A stretch of DNA of 64,000 nucleotides from Octopus sinensis. Taxonomy: Eukaryota. Location of the stretch: positions 173,476,001 to 173,540,000 of the forward strand of contig NC_042998.1 of assembly GCF_006345805.1 (NCBI RefSeq), in the 5' to 3' direction. The position numbers and the translations under genes are program-made. The notes beneath the pieces were generated by a model that saw only the letters and a program-made list of their open reading frames with translations, was not told where the DNA came from and ran no database searches. Of the stretch, positions 13,241 to 27,726 are shown piece after piece (within the stretch, counting starts at the first letter, position 1; every line of letters begins with the position of its first letter).

Positions 13241-15194
13241 TTTTCGGATTTTTGTTGGTTTGATATTCTAGTCAAACTTAAGGTTTTTTCAACATTCTAT
13301 GCCAGACCTAATAACGGAATTTGGTGTTGAAAACGCGCTAAACAAATAAGCTTTCCGTGAGAACGTTGTCATTTTCTAATTTTTTCTCCTCATAGAACCG
13401 TTGAAATTTTCGTGGATGCTTTGTACAGGCGATTGAGATTTATAATATCAACATCACTAGCTGAAATTATATCCCTAAGTGCAAGATGGATTTTACCAAT
13501 TACTTTCAGGCTTTGGTTATTTTCATTATTATTGTTATTGATGATGTTATTATTACCTATATACTAATAAACTCAGACCGAAATTTCGTTACGTTGTCAC
13601 CTGATTATTGAATGGAAAGGTAAAGAGGGAGAGGGAATGGAGAGAGAAGTGTTAACGGTGGGAGGTAAGGGGAACTTAATAGTTATGTGATATAAAAGTT
13701 AGTTGAAGTGTGTGATATTGAGAAAGAGGTTTAAAAATAAAACTTTTAGCAGATGAGTGACATTCTGGTGGTGAGTTTAAAGAATGGCAAATAGAAGAGA
13801 GGGAGGAAGAGAGAGGGAGGACGAGAGAGAATAGTAACCGACGCATTCAGCTGTCATGAGATTAGTGGAAATGAAAGATAAAACGAAAGATGGAAATGAT
13901 AACGGCGTGAAGACAGGAATAACATGGTTACAAAGTTTGTTGAAGTAAGAGGCAAAGAGAAAAAGAGTGAGAAATATGAAGATGAAGGAAATTTTAAGTA
14001 TCATATATTATTGTGACGGACAAAAAAAGAATGTTTTATGATTCAATTTTATATATCTCCTAATGTCAATCTATTTATCCATCTATCCACATTGACAAGC
14101 ACGTCGATGGCTTGATAGAGGAAGGAAGGCTTACTTTAGATATGATAATAAACTTGCCATAGATAGAAAGATAAATTTTTCAACGAAAATAACATTGAAG
14201 TTATTTTTTTAAAAACATTTCTTAGTATTTCGTATCAGCACCAAGTAAAGTAGATAAAAGCAAACAAACAACTGTACTGAAATGAAACAATCTTGGTTGA
14301 CAAACAACTTAGAATGACCATTGTAACTGAAAATTTTAATGGTAGTGGTGGAAGTGGTGGTGGTACGTAACTTTTGTATGCGTCACACTTCAAAGAAGTG
14401 GCAAAGCGAGAGAGAAGAGGAGAGAGATGAAGTGAGAGAGAAAGGGAGAGTGAGAGAGAGAGACAGTGAGAGAGAAGAGGAGAGAGATGAAGTAAGAGAG
14501 AAAGGGAGAGGGAGAGAGAGAGAGTGAGAGAGAAAGAGAGAGGGGAAAAGGGACAGTGAGTGGTGACGGCGTTCATCTTGTGTTTTTAAATGTTTATCTC
14601 ATCGTAAGAGAAGTAGATACATAGATAATGTATACATTGTTAAATCAAAGGCGGAAGAGAAAAGGGACACAAAGGAAGTGAAAAAGAAAGAGAAAAAGTG
14701 AGAAGATACATAAAGCTAAAGAAAAGTTCATAGATACGCACAGCAAATATTGGATGTCAATTTCACTTTTCATTACCACACGAGGATAAAATTAACTCAC
14801 AAATGGTTGAGTGCTCAACAGACATGCATAACATTAAGAATATGACAAGGCTGTCCCCTTTGAAATACAGCTACCATTCGAGACATATGTATAGGGATGT
14901 ATTTGTGTGTGTGTGTATAGTTTAGGTTAGTTAAAACACATTTGCAATAATAAGTGTCGCGTGGTGGAAATAGACACAATTACCAAAATTTCATTCATAA
15001 ATCCATTTATTATTTCCTTCTTTTGCATTTCAATTTGTACATTAAGATTTTTGAATATGTACGATGTAATTTAAGGTTAAATAGTAATTCCGTTTACGTT
15101 TGTGTAACTTAGATATTTTGGTTGGATTATATATTCATTGGTTTTACATTACTTTCTATATTCTGTAACTGTCACAATCTACTTTTCTAGGCCA

Positions 15195-15345
15195 GACTTT
15201 TTTGTGGGGAGGGGCCAGTTGGTTAGATCGACCCCAGTACACAACTGATATTTAATTTATCGACCCCGAAAGGACGAAAGGCAAAATCGATCTCGGCAAA
15301 ATTTGAACTCAGAACATAAAAACAGACGGTATAATGTAAGTATCC
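15195..15345 (-). mobile_element. SINE family B fragment
   Basis: cgaccccagtac...tcgaccccgaaagga.gaaaggcaaa.tcga matches the 18145-18362 copy. Confidence 0.7.
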
Positions 15346-15429
15346 GTTTACAGATACTTACATATTTTTGTTTTCCCCAAATTTTTCACGGGTCCAGCTA
15401 GATATTATTATCATTATTATTATTATTAT

Positions 15430-15642
15430 TCTATGTTTGACTTTTGCTTTATGTCTGTACAAGTTGGCTCCAAGTCTCACCCAGAGACCTCAAGAGACAA
15501 CAGGTTGGAAGTTCTGTGCCATATATTTGGGGGGGGGGGGTTCCCGTTTTTTTTTGGTGTTGTACTAGTGAATGTCTAATACATAAAAACCAAAAAAAAT
15601 AGTTTGTTTTAAACCTTGGGATTACATAGAGAGTATTTTGCG

Positions 15643-15645
<3 letters not shown>
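15430..15645 (-). mobile_element. R4/Dong-like 3' UTR fragment between (TAT)n tracts
   Basis: Matches the ctatgtttgacttttg...ctcacccagagacctcaagagac sequence at 11946. Confidence 0.75.
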
Positions 15646-15711
<66 letters not shown>

Positions 15712-17004
15712 TTACTGAATACTTTGCACATACATGGCATGAAATAATGTTATAGGAGAGTATTTACGATCAACTCTACTATCACGGAAGTACCGCCAAA
15801 TAGAACAAGCCCAGATACGCTCAGAGCCATGAGGCCGTACTATACGCTTTTATGTTGATTTGGGGAGTGATGTAAAACAGCTGTTCTGGCGTCTAGGATG
15901 AATCAAGCTATCGGCTGACTCCATCGTCGTGATCGCTCCATCACTTGTCTTTAACTAGGTGAAACAGCTGTGCTCCTCTGTCTAAAAGAACGAGACCGTG
16001 AAGGGGACAAGGCTGCAAGAATTGTGGACAAACACTTTTCTCTTCAATCAAATCCTCATCAACTTTTTAAGTTTCCCCTTGGAAAGGGAAGTGAGATTCA
16101 AAAGGAATGACGTCTACTCCAACTAAGTGAGGCACTGGCAGGAATTGTAAGGACGAATGAAACTACCCCAAGATTGCTCACGTACATTGGAGAGCATCAC
16201 CTACAAAAAGCGCTTGTAACTCTGGTACTTAGGACGATCTTATAATTTATAAGCCTTCTTAAATGACCCGAGTTGGAGCCTATCCTGTACCATGACGACT
16301 CCATCAACAATAAAATCATATATTTTAGATATTCTATACATAATTTTGAATCTCATCTCACCCTCCCATCCATTTTCACCATACATTAAAATTTTTAATA
16401 TTTCCTGTCATGATTTATCCAACTTGCTTGGAGACAGAAAATTGTTTAGTGCTGCTTTTATATTAGTTTCTGTTTCTTTACTAGATATTTTGTCGCCATA
16501 TAGTGTTTCTAATACTTACAATAATAATATTTTTTTTATATTTTCCAGTCTAGGTTTGCTAATTTACGTAGCTTCCAGTTGGGAATAATATCACCAGAAA
16601 CCTCACTATACTGCATAGAATAATGAAGCCTATTACTTCATTTTTTCATCGATCTATATTTTATGCATTAATCTTATATGTCCTTTACATTTCTTCGTAA
16701 CTTTTTAATAAGTCTTGTTTTGTATCATGGTCATTACTCTTTGCGTATTTGTAAGTTTGTGTTTAGTCTACTTCACTTTTCTTTAGTGGAATCAATAAAA
16801 TAAGATGTTTTCCACTTATTTTTGTCGTAAAGGCCTGATATTTGGCGCTCGAGCCGCATGCGTTTGGTTGACCTAACACAACTTAATATACTCCTTGTCT
16901 AACTAGAGGTTTTGCGTAACTGCAAGCATTTGAAACTGAGACGGTTGTTCCTTTCCTGTTTATATTTTTATAGCAGGGATGGAACTTGCGTTGCAGTGAT
17001 CTCA

Positions 17005-17291
17005 CCAATATGAAAGAGTGAGCAGAAGTTATAGATATTTCCTCGTCTCTCTCAACTAGAATTGTTAGCACGCTGGACGGAATGTTTAGCAGTTGTCGCC
17101 CGTCGCCACGTTCTGCGATCAAATTCCGCCGAGGTTGACACTGCCTTTCATCCTTTCGGAGTCGATGAAATAAGTACCAGTTAGACATTAGGATAGATGA
17201 AATCGACTATCTCCCTCCCACATATTTCAGGCCTTGTGCCTATAGTACAAAGGATTATTATTATTAATATTATTATTATTATTATTATTAT

Positions 17292-17335
<44 letters not shown>

Positions 17336-17349
17336 TGGTGGTGGTGGTG

Positions 17350-17393
<44 letters not shown>

Positions 17394-17456
17394 GGTGGTG
17401 GTGGTGGTGTAGTAGTAGTAGTATAGTAGTAGTAGTAGTGGTGGTGGTTGGTGGTG

Positions 17457-17500
<44 letters not shown>

Positions 17501-17507
17501 GGTGGTG

Positions 17508-17557
<50 letters not shown>

Positions 17558-17620
17558 GGTGGTGGTGGTGGTGGTGGTGGTGGTAGTAGTAGTAGTAGTA
17601 GTGTAGTAGTAGTAGTATAG
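17005..17620 (+). repeat. SINE family B copy (about 17005-17260) followed by compound (ATT)(TAG)(TGG)n microsatellite
   Basis: caaattccgccgaggttgac...cctttcatcctttcgg motif, then triplet tracts. Confidence 0.7.
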
Positions 17621-17889
17621 ACGTCACACAGTATACAATAACTTGAGGTTGCTGATTGAAGATATTGTGTTCTCGCCGATTGACTTCCCGGCACTTACGG
17701 CAAAAGTAACTCACCGAATACATTGGTAGACCATTAAAACAACCACACCAGATTGTTCATTTGAAACATCAAATAAACTTATCTAAAAATGAGAAATTTA
17801 TCTACTTGGAAGTTTATCATCCCCACAGAGACAATGCTCTTCTCAGTGCATGCAACAAACTAGTGAAACCAATCTCTTGCATTTCTTGC

Positions 17890-18144
17890 AGGTGTGGCAA
17901 GCCAGAGAGCATTCTCAAATAATATTCAGTTCTTTTTTTCTTAATTCCTAGTACTCCTACAACCAAAGTAGCGTAACCGCCTTCATGTTCCACCTTCTTT
18001 CGATTTCAATGAGCAAATCTTTATATTTTCTGAGCTTTTCAAATTCTTTTATCGCAATATTATGACCATTAGGGATACTCATATCAATCAATAAACAGAC
18101 TTCATGTTTTTGGTCCTTCACAGCAATACCTATCTCTTTATTAC
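17890..18144 (-). mobile_element. R4/Dong-like REL endonuclease fragment
   Basis: IAVKDQKHEVCLLIDMSIPNGHNIAIKEFEKLRKYKDLLIEI (PD..D-type REL motif). Confidence 0.75.
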
Positions 18145-18362
18145 CCACAAGGGGCTAAACACAGAGGGGACAAACAAGGACAGACATAGGTATTAAGTCG
18201 ATTACATCGACCCCAGTGCGTAACTGGTACTTAATTTATCGACCCTGAAAGGATGAAAGGCAAAATCGACCTCGGCGGAATTTGAACTCACAACGTAACG
18301 GCAGACGAAATACCGCTAAGCATTTCGCCCGGCGTGCTAACGTTTCTGCCAGCTCGCCGCCT
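18145..18362 (-). mobile_element. tRNA-derived SINE family B (ggcggcgagctggcagaaacgttagcacgccggg...)
   Basis: Well-preserved copy. Further copies at about 21379-21580(+), 25827-26030(+), 32165-32320(-), 33905-34072(-) and 40515-40645(-). Confidence 0.85.
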
Positions 18363-18379
18363 TACTTTACAGCAATACC

Positions 18380-19790
18380 TAGTTTATCAGAGTCGATAGT
18401 TCTTTCTGTATGTACGAGAGGGAGGTGCCATAAATGGAATAATTCTAACCAATTTGTGTTAAACCGATTGATTGTATTATTCACAACGAATAACTTTGCT
18501 TCGCGTGTCTCTCTTCGAAATGTGACGTCGTTACATGTTTTGCCTATGAAATGTAATTTATAGACCGTTACAGCACGCGCCATTTTATGTAATTTCGGTT
18601 TTCCAATTTTTTTCCCAAATATCCGCATTTATAATCGGGATCACTACTTGTGTCTAACTGTAATTTGGTATTCACATCATTTATTTTCGCATGCACGATT
18701 TTTTTTTTTTTTTCCGTGGCAATTGCTCACCTTTGAACTTTTTGTATTTGAGCCTCGTAGTCTTGTTCTACAATGAGCACTCCTGTGTCTTTGCTTCTGA
18801 CAACTATAACGCTTTTTGTTTTTAAACAGAGACTCTTTTTTGTAGCATAGGCCTCCACAACCATAACATGGATTGGGGCCTGATACTCTTATTATTGTGA
18901 CTCCCGAGACGTCACACATGAATTATTGCAGAGTATTTATCCTGTATTGTTTCACATTATGTTTAAGATGTACCATAGTCTGACATTCTTCTGCGAAGGT
19001 TTGTAGAGATAAATCCTGCTTCGCTTGCTCCATTTTCGAGGGAATCCTAGCCCGAATTTGTCTATCCTCCGGTGATTTGAACATATCCTGAGGTAGATTC
19101 TGATGTCTGAAATTTTCGCACATACGGTTGACCACTCCGGTGTTTGTGATAAGATCATCGACGTCATTTTTTGTTAAGTTCCAACACCCCATTCTTATGT
19201 TGGATAATGGACTTATATCACAAGAAAATTTTGAAAGCAGTACCACGGTTTCTTGGAAACCAATCTTAATCGACATTTTGGTCAGAATATTTACAGTAAT
19301 GCTCATGTTTCGGCAGGAGCTACCTCGCGTAGTAAAAGCCTTACTTTCTGCTCCTCCGACCATGACTTGCACTCGTTGTTAAAATTTTCTTCGTATCTTC
19401 TATAATACCCTCCTCTGGATTATACGTAAATTCAGAAATTGTGTTAGCCGCTCTAACTGGATTTTCGGACTTCACCGGCTGTAACCCGATTAATTAAAGT
19501 CGTTGTCGTTGTTGTTGTTGTTGCTGCTGCTGTTGTTCCAGTATTTGTCTTTACAGTTCCTGCAGCTCTTCATGTTGCTTCTCTTGAAGTTGCACTACTG
19601 TGGCTAATAGGTTTTCCAAAACGCCGTAATTGTCAAATTACCAATGTGAGTTTCGAACAGTCCTCGTCGCCAGATGTTAATCTTAAGGATAAACGAATAT
19701 CCTGCAACAGTTTAATAACAATATAATCGAAACAAGCGGCAGTAACCACACGGAACGAAACAACAATATTTTAAGAACCAACAATCCGAC
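18380..19790 (-). mobile_element. Decayed Ty3/Gypsy (K02A2.6/Mag-like) gag-protease relic
   Basis: FTYNPEEG-type gag start, FQETVVLL, degenerate double zinc knuckle PCYGCGGL..K..C...HRSAHC, and a QLDTSSD protease-like motif. Frameshifted. Confidence 0.7.
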
Positions 19791-19904
19791 ACGCTAACTC
19801 GAACTGTAAACTTTGAACTTCAACTTTGAACTATCAATACATGTATTTCCCTTACTCACACCGCTGCTGTTTATATGTAGTGGTCCAGCCCATTCTTGCC
19901 AGGG

Positions 19905-21375
<1,471 letters not shown>

Positions 21376-24300
21376 TGTGGTGGCGAGCTGGCAGAAACAT
21401 TAGCACGCCGGCCAAAATGCTTAGCGGTGTTTCATTCGTCGTTTCCTCTGCGGAGATAGTCTTTGCCTTTCATCCGTTCGGGGTCGATGAAATAAGTACC
21501 AATCAAACACTGGGGAGGATGTAACTGACTTTCTCCGCTCCCCGCAAATTCCAGGCCTTGTGTTTATTGTCGAAAGGACTTACTATAATTAATAATGCAG
21601 TTCAAATATATTACCTTCTAATCAAGACTCGTAGTCTAGCGATTAGGTGTCTTCAGATCTGAACCGTTAGTTCGGACTTCGGTTCACGGACAACGTGGAG
21701 TATAGTGACCTTGGATGATTCTAATCAACTGCAAACGGAACCTACCGCGAGCTGGTATTTCGTTCCCTGCATCATTGATATTCCATTGGGCCAATGTGTG
21801 GGAGAGCTGGACAATCTGTTTACGAAAACTTAGGCACCTAAACCAATAAGCAGAGGCGTGATACTTGCTATATACGCAATATGTATTGAGTGGCGGGTAT
21901 GGCTTTTCATCTAATTAAACTTAGAATGTTCTTGGTTAGACATATGAAACAAATATACAGAAAACTAATATAAATGAACAAATTAGATACGATAATACAC
22001 AAAACATGTTATTGTTCCAACGGTATGCGTAATGATTATAACTGTCATATTTTGCATTCCTTCGAAGATTGTTGGCCTGCCAAGGTTGCAGTTTCAGATG
22101 AAGCTATTTCATTAAACGGTGCTAACACATTTGGAAAGCTTATTGTTATTACATCTTTACATGATAACCTCTTGAGAAATCATATCTTATTTATTTCAGA
22201 AATGCGTAGCTGCTAGTATTTTGAGTGTTACCAGCGTAAATATTGATCTAGAATATTTACCATTACGTTGTTTTTACTTATTTTCTCAACCTGTCAAATC
22301 ATCCATCTACTAGCCCAAGGTTATCGGCTTTGCGTAACATGAAAATAATATGTTACTGAAATTTTTCTCTGTTGTTGTTATTGTTTTATTTAATTCTAGA
22401 TCTGAAGGAATAGATCTATTATCAACAACGTTCAAGCACTGACCAATAACAATCGCATCGTTGTATACCTAAAACTACATTTACTAGTATTTATGTAAAG
22501 TTTGACTACGTTTAGTGTGATATGAGATATCCAGATGCCATTTCTCACTTCTCGAAGCCATGAAGCAGAGACTCTTTCGTTTGCTTCTTGCTAGTTTTTT
22601 TTCTTTCCGTTTTGTTGTTGTTAATTGAAGTAGCGTTCTCTTATTCACATGTGTTGCTATATACACAGTATAAGTTTTGTGATAGCACTGCCAACATAAG
22701 TGTTTGCTGTGTATACTATATCGTTTTTATATTGAAGACATATTGCCATCTACTTCCCACAACCAGAGACCTCGCATTCTGGATTACCTATTTATACTTG
22801 ACATTTATAACATTTTCTTTTCTTTACTTGAAGTCCTAGTCAATGTTATATACTCACTATACTGCTTACTATCAACACTTTTCCAACGTTAGTTGTAAAT
22901 AGTAATTATATACTGTAGTGAAAAATACATTAATATTGAATTCTTTGGAGATTCATTTTTCTTTTTAATTTCTTGGAAGATAATATATTATTGTTCTTTT
23001 CCAACATTCTAAATCTCTGAAATTTCTTCAGCATCTGTTCTGCATTCATCTTTTTATTTCTTTAAGTGTCTGCTTTTTTCCCCCAGATCTTCTATTTTCC
23101 TCAATGTTTCCGTTATCTTCTGCAAGTTTCTGTTGGATTTAAGGTGCATTTTTTTTACGTTTTCTTAATAAAAGTTATTACATTTTGTTTTATAGATCAC
23201 TGAATGCGCTAATATTACCCAGCTGACTGGATATTTTTCTTGTTCACAGTTGTTTTGCTTCTCACACTCTGTTCATTTTACTTTGAATGAAATTGATTTT
23301 GTTCATACATAGAACGTCAATTATTTAGTCTGTCTTTGAATTTAGCAGCCTATTTCTACAAAAATAAAAACAACATAAGCAATAGAATTTACTTTCAAAA
23401 TTATCTCGGCAGCATAGCAAATCCCGAGCTTAGTACAGAACGAGATCATTATAATACGACTTGATACCGTCTCAGTAATGTTCATCACGCTTAAACTAAC
23501 AACATTTTGCCAAATATCTCTTACAGTGGCAGCCAATCGCCATAATAATTCATTTCGAATGTAGATAGAAACGAAATTAGCATTGAAACTTGATCACCCA
23601 AGCAGAGACCGACACATGAACTTCTGTCTGGCTTTGCCTATATGTTAAAAGAGATTTAATCATGTTGATGTAGATGATATGGTTGAATCAGCTTCAAGAT
23701 GGAATCGCAAGTTTTCAAACGTTGACACGGATAGGATTATAACACTAATTTTAAACTATCAGATAGATATCCATTTCAGATGAAATTCGATACTTTGCCA
23801 TTTATGTCAACTCTTCAAAGATGTAAGATCATAAGGTCATAAAGAACGGTAATAATTGTAGTCTTGCTATTTTTGTAGTGAGCACAGTTGGTCAAAAATG
23901 AGAAGTTAGTATGCGGTTTCATACGACGGCTTGACTTAGACCACTCGCCATTACAGATTCTGAAAAGCAAGATCGTCTCAACGCATGTGATCGTTTTTTA
24001 TGAAATATTTAATATTTGTATCTATTCAATAAAAAAATATATTCTATATGTTTTCACGTGATTCTAAAATATATATAGCGAAGAAATCTATATCGATTAT
24101 ATATACCAAATCCATATGCTGTATAGCAACTCATAATTTGAGATTAAATATAAATATTGAAATTTTATATGTATTGAAAGTAAATTCTGATGCAATTAAT
24201 TTTATTACCAGCATGCTAATCTCCATCACTTACGTGATGATAAGACTGTTATATTTGGGCAGCTTATTTCATTGTTGAGATAATGGGGATCAGAAGTTGG

Positions 24301-26574
24301 CACAAGAATTTATTCAAAAATAAGATGAAGAAAGAGAAGGAAACGTGTGTCATCAAACTACCTAAGTCTACTCTCCATTCGTGTTCTAAGAATGGAAAAT
24401 ATCACCATTACATTGTATATGATAAACGATTATGTGTGTGTGTTTATGTATGTGTGCGTATGAGTGTGTATGCGCATGTATGTGTGCATACGTGTATACA
24501 AAACACTGATACGCACATTAGGACGGAGTCTAAATCTTTCATTCACTCGTCGTGAGGTTTTGGCCCATTGCACCATAAATTAGCTCTCCTCTATCGGTAT
24601 TTCCTTTCAAATAAAGAGAAGAATTTTATAAAAGATTTGCACACCGAAATTTCATACGTACAAACCCATATACACACATGAATATACTCGACCACATACC
24701 ATTTTGAAATTATTCTTCGCCACAATTTCTATTCTCACTTCTCCGCGGTGCCCTGCATCTCTATCGCACCGCAGATGTGTTCTATACTGGGTTACGCTTT
24801 TTTGTCCCAGCACTAACGAACTAAGTATTTTTTTCTTGGGTTGTTGTGGGTTGATGTTTCTTGTCAATTTCTTCATGATTTCTTCTATGATTTCCTCTAT
24901 GAATTTCGTTCCGGGGTTTTACAACAACCTCAAAGATCTACAAACTAGATGATACACTTTCAGAGCTCCAGTTACAAAAGGAAAGTAAAGAGAAAAAACA
25001 TATTCTCCGTTTCAGCTATTTCTAATAGATGGTAGTTGGAGGTATTTTACTAATTCTGGGATGAAACCTATTTCTTTTAAATTGATGATGATGAAATTAT
25101 TTTATAGTTTATATTAATTACTTACACACACACGAAACCCACATACACACACACACATACACAAAGATTTAGTCATGTTGATGTAGATGATATAGTTGAA
25201 TCCGCATTCTATAAACTCCCGCTCAAACAACATAATACTGCGCGCTGGGCTTAACGTTATCAGCTTTAAGCATGGAAGGGTATGGAAGACAATCGAAAAT
25301 TAAATTATTTAGAACTTCTGCTAAGATGAATTTTTGAAACTAATCAATAAGGATAATACAAAAGTCATGGGGTCAGGACCATTCGGTTGTATGGACTGGA
25401 AATAGTGTCAAATACATTACCTGCACTTTGACCATAAAATTGATGCCACATGAACTCAAACTGAAGCCTTGAAGGGGTCGCGCATTATGAAATCTGACAG
25501 TGTGTCACATTATTCCAAAGATTTAAATTATCAGGATCTAATCATCTTCGTAGTGAAAGAACGAAAGTATTTAATAATGAAATGAGTTCATGTATGAAAG
25601 TATTCAATAAGAAAACTTTTTACATCCTTCTATATAATATTAAGGTGGGTATCAGTAAATCGGTGAGACCCATGTTTGCCAGGATGGCCTAACCATGTGA
25701 TACACTTTTAAATTTGTCCTTTGTTTTTAAGTAAATGGACTTTAAAAAGTTCCATAAATAAATTAATTTGGAAAATTTCACCCGCAATTTAAATTTTTTT
25801 TTTTTTTTTATTATAGATGAAGATTAAGGTAGCAAGCTGGCAGCAATCTTTAGCCCGCTGGGCGAAATGCTCACGGGAAGTTCGTCTGCTGCTATGTACT
25901 GAGTTCAAATTCCACATTTCATCAGTTCGTGGTCGATAAATTAAGTACTAGTAAAATGCTGGGTTCGATGTAATCGACTTCTACCCTCCCACCAAATTTC
26001 AGGCCATGTGCCTATAGTTAAAAGTATTATTATAATTGAAAATATTTATATTTCCATGATTTTCGTTTTTGAAAGTTTAAAAGATTCTGATTGTTAAGGA
26101 ATTCAGTGTTTGGCATTATTGAGTTCTTGTGTGTAAATTTGCGCATTATTGAGTTTGTGTGTGTATGTCCGTGCACATGTCTGCTTTATTACGTTAAACT
26201 CAATGCTTCAGTCACGTCTTCAGCAGTGATGTCGCTGGAGTTCGAAATACCATCTATCGATGACTTAGTGCTATTAATATCCGGCTTGTTTTAACATGGT
26301 GATCTATTGTTGCCGAGTTGTCACTACACCAGCGTGTCTGAAACTAAAGGAAGTTAACTTTGCTCTGAAATGAAGAAGCCGTATTGTTTTTGACGCTTTG
26401 CCTCCGCTTGTCCGAGCAAATGAATCTGCTTTCACACCCAGAAAACTTTAGGTAACCTGAGAAGCTACATCAACTTTACCCAATATACATGTAATTATAA
26501 AATGTTTATATATAATATATATATAAACTCACACACATATATGTATATACATATATTATATTTATATATTCTCT

Positions 26575-26953
26575 GTTACTCTGTTACTTGTTTCAGTCAT
26601 TTGACTGTGGCCATGCTGGAGCACCGCCTTTAATCGAGCAACTCGACCCTGGGACTTATTCTTTTGTAAGCCCAGTACTTATTCTATCGCTCTCTTTTGC
26701 CGAAACGCTATGTAATGGGAACATAAACACAGCAGCATCGGTTGTCAAGCAAACACATACACGGATATATATATATATATACATATATACGACGGGCTTC
26801 TTTCAGTTTCCGTCTAACAAATCCACCCACAAGGCGTTGGTCGGCCCGAGACTATAGTAGAATACACTTACCCAAGGTGCCACGCAGTGGCATTGAACCC
26901 GGAACCAGGTGGTTGGTAGACAAGCTACTTACCACACAGCCACGCCTACGCCT
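26575..26953 (-). mobile_element. SINE family A
   Basis: Reverse complement of the 1586 and 48370 copies. Confidence 0.85.
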
Positions 26954-27208
26954 ATATACTTACATATATATATATATATATAGGTTAGTAGAGTTAGAGG
27001 CTGGAATAAACGTCTAAGGGATAGAAATATCCATTTTACTACCGGTATAAATACCTGTTAACCCTGGGCATACATACGCAAGCACGTTATGCTCATAGGT
27101 TACAGTCAATGACAAAGATAAACATAAGTTTATCTGGGAACTAAAGTTGGTCAATATTTCTCCATTTTCTGTTTACCCCATATATATATATATATAATAT
27201 ATATATAT

Positions 27209-27251
<43 letters not shown>

Positions 27252-27259
27252 TTAAATAG

Positions 27260-27702
27260 GTGAATGAATTATCCTATGTTTATCGTCAGCATGGAAAATT
27301 CGTTGAACTGAAACCAGGGTAGCAATTCACGTCAGAAACACGGTTGAAGCGACTGTCCAAGGGTAGAAACTCCGGGTTCGTGTGCAGAAATTTGTGTGTT
27401 GTATATGAATAAATGAAAGAATGGAGTCGAACGAAGATGTTAACAAAATTCCTTTACTCTCGACATATGTTTCGAAGACAACATGGTTTCATTCCAAAGG
27501 AATAAAGGGTGCATTATGCAATCTTCTCATCAGGAAAGAGAGGGAGCCTCTCTCGACAACAAGACAAACAAAAATTTCGATGACTGCCTACATGGTAAAC
27601 AAAACGACAATGAGTGTTTTTTTAAAAAACCGTTAGAAGAATTGACGTCAAAGATAGATAGTAGGAAGAGAAGAGTTAAAGGAATAATAGGTAGGGAACA
27701 AC
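27260..27702 (-). mobile_element. Pseudo-LTR-like repeat between (TA)n tracts carrying an intact hammerhead motif
   Basis: Bounded by (TA)n at 27181-27250 and 27703-27726. Homologous to 230-430. Confidence 0.6.
27457..27538 (-). ncRNA. Type I hammerhead ribozyme motif with extended, branched helix II
   Basis: CUUUC-CUGAUGA-GAAGA-[43 nt]-UCUUC-GAAA-C-AUAU-G-UC^-GAGAG. All conserved core bases are present and helices I, II and III all pair. Confidence 0.75.
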
Positions 27703-27726
27703 ATATATAAATATATATATATATAT

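Noticed and set aside
24652-24952. Minus-strand exon-like segment ending at an ATG|GTATGT donor
   Set aside because: Every frame from the plausible acceptors hits a stop, and there is no recognisable protein.
23656-25210. About 40-bp sequence (tcatgttgatgtagatgatat.gttgaatc) repeated at about 23656 and 25166
   Set aside because: Too short to assign. The surrounding frames contain stops and there are no convincing splice sites.
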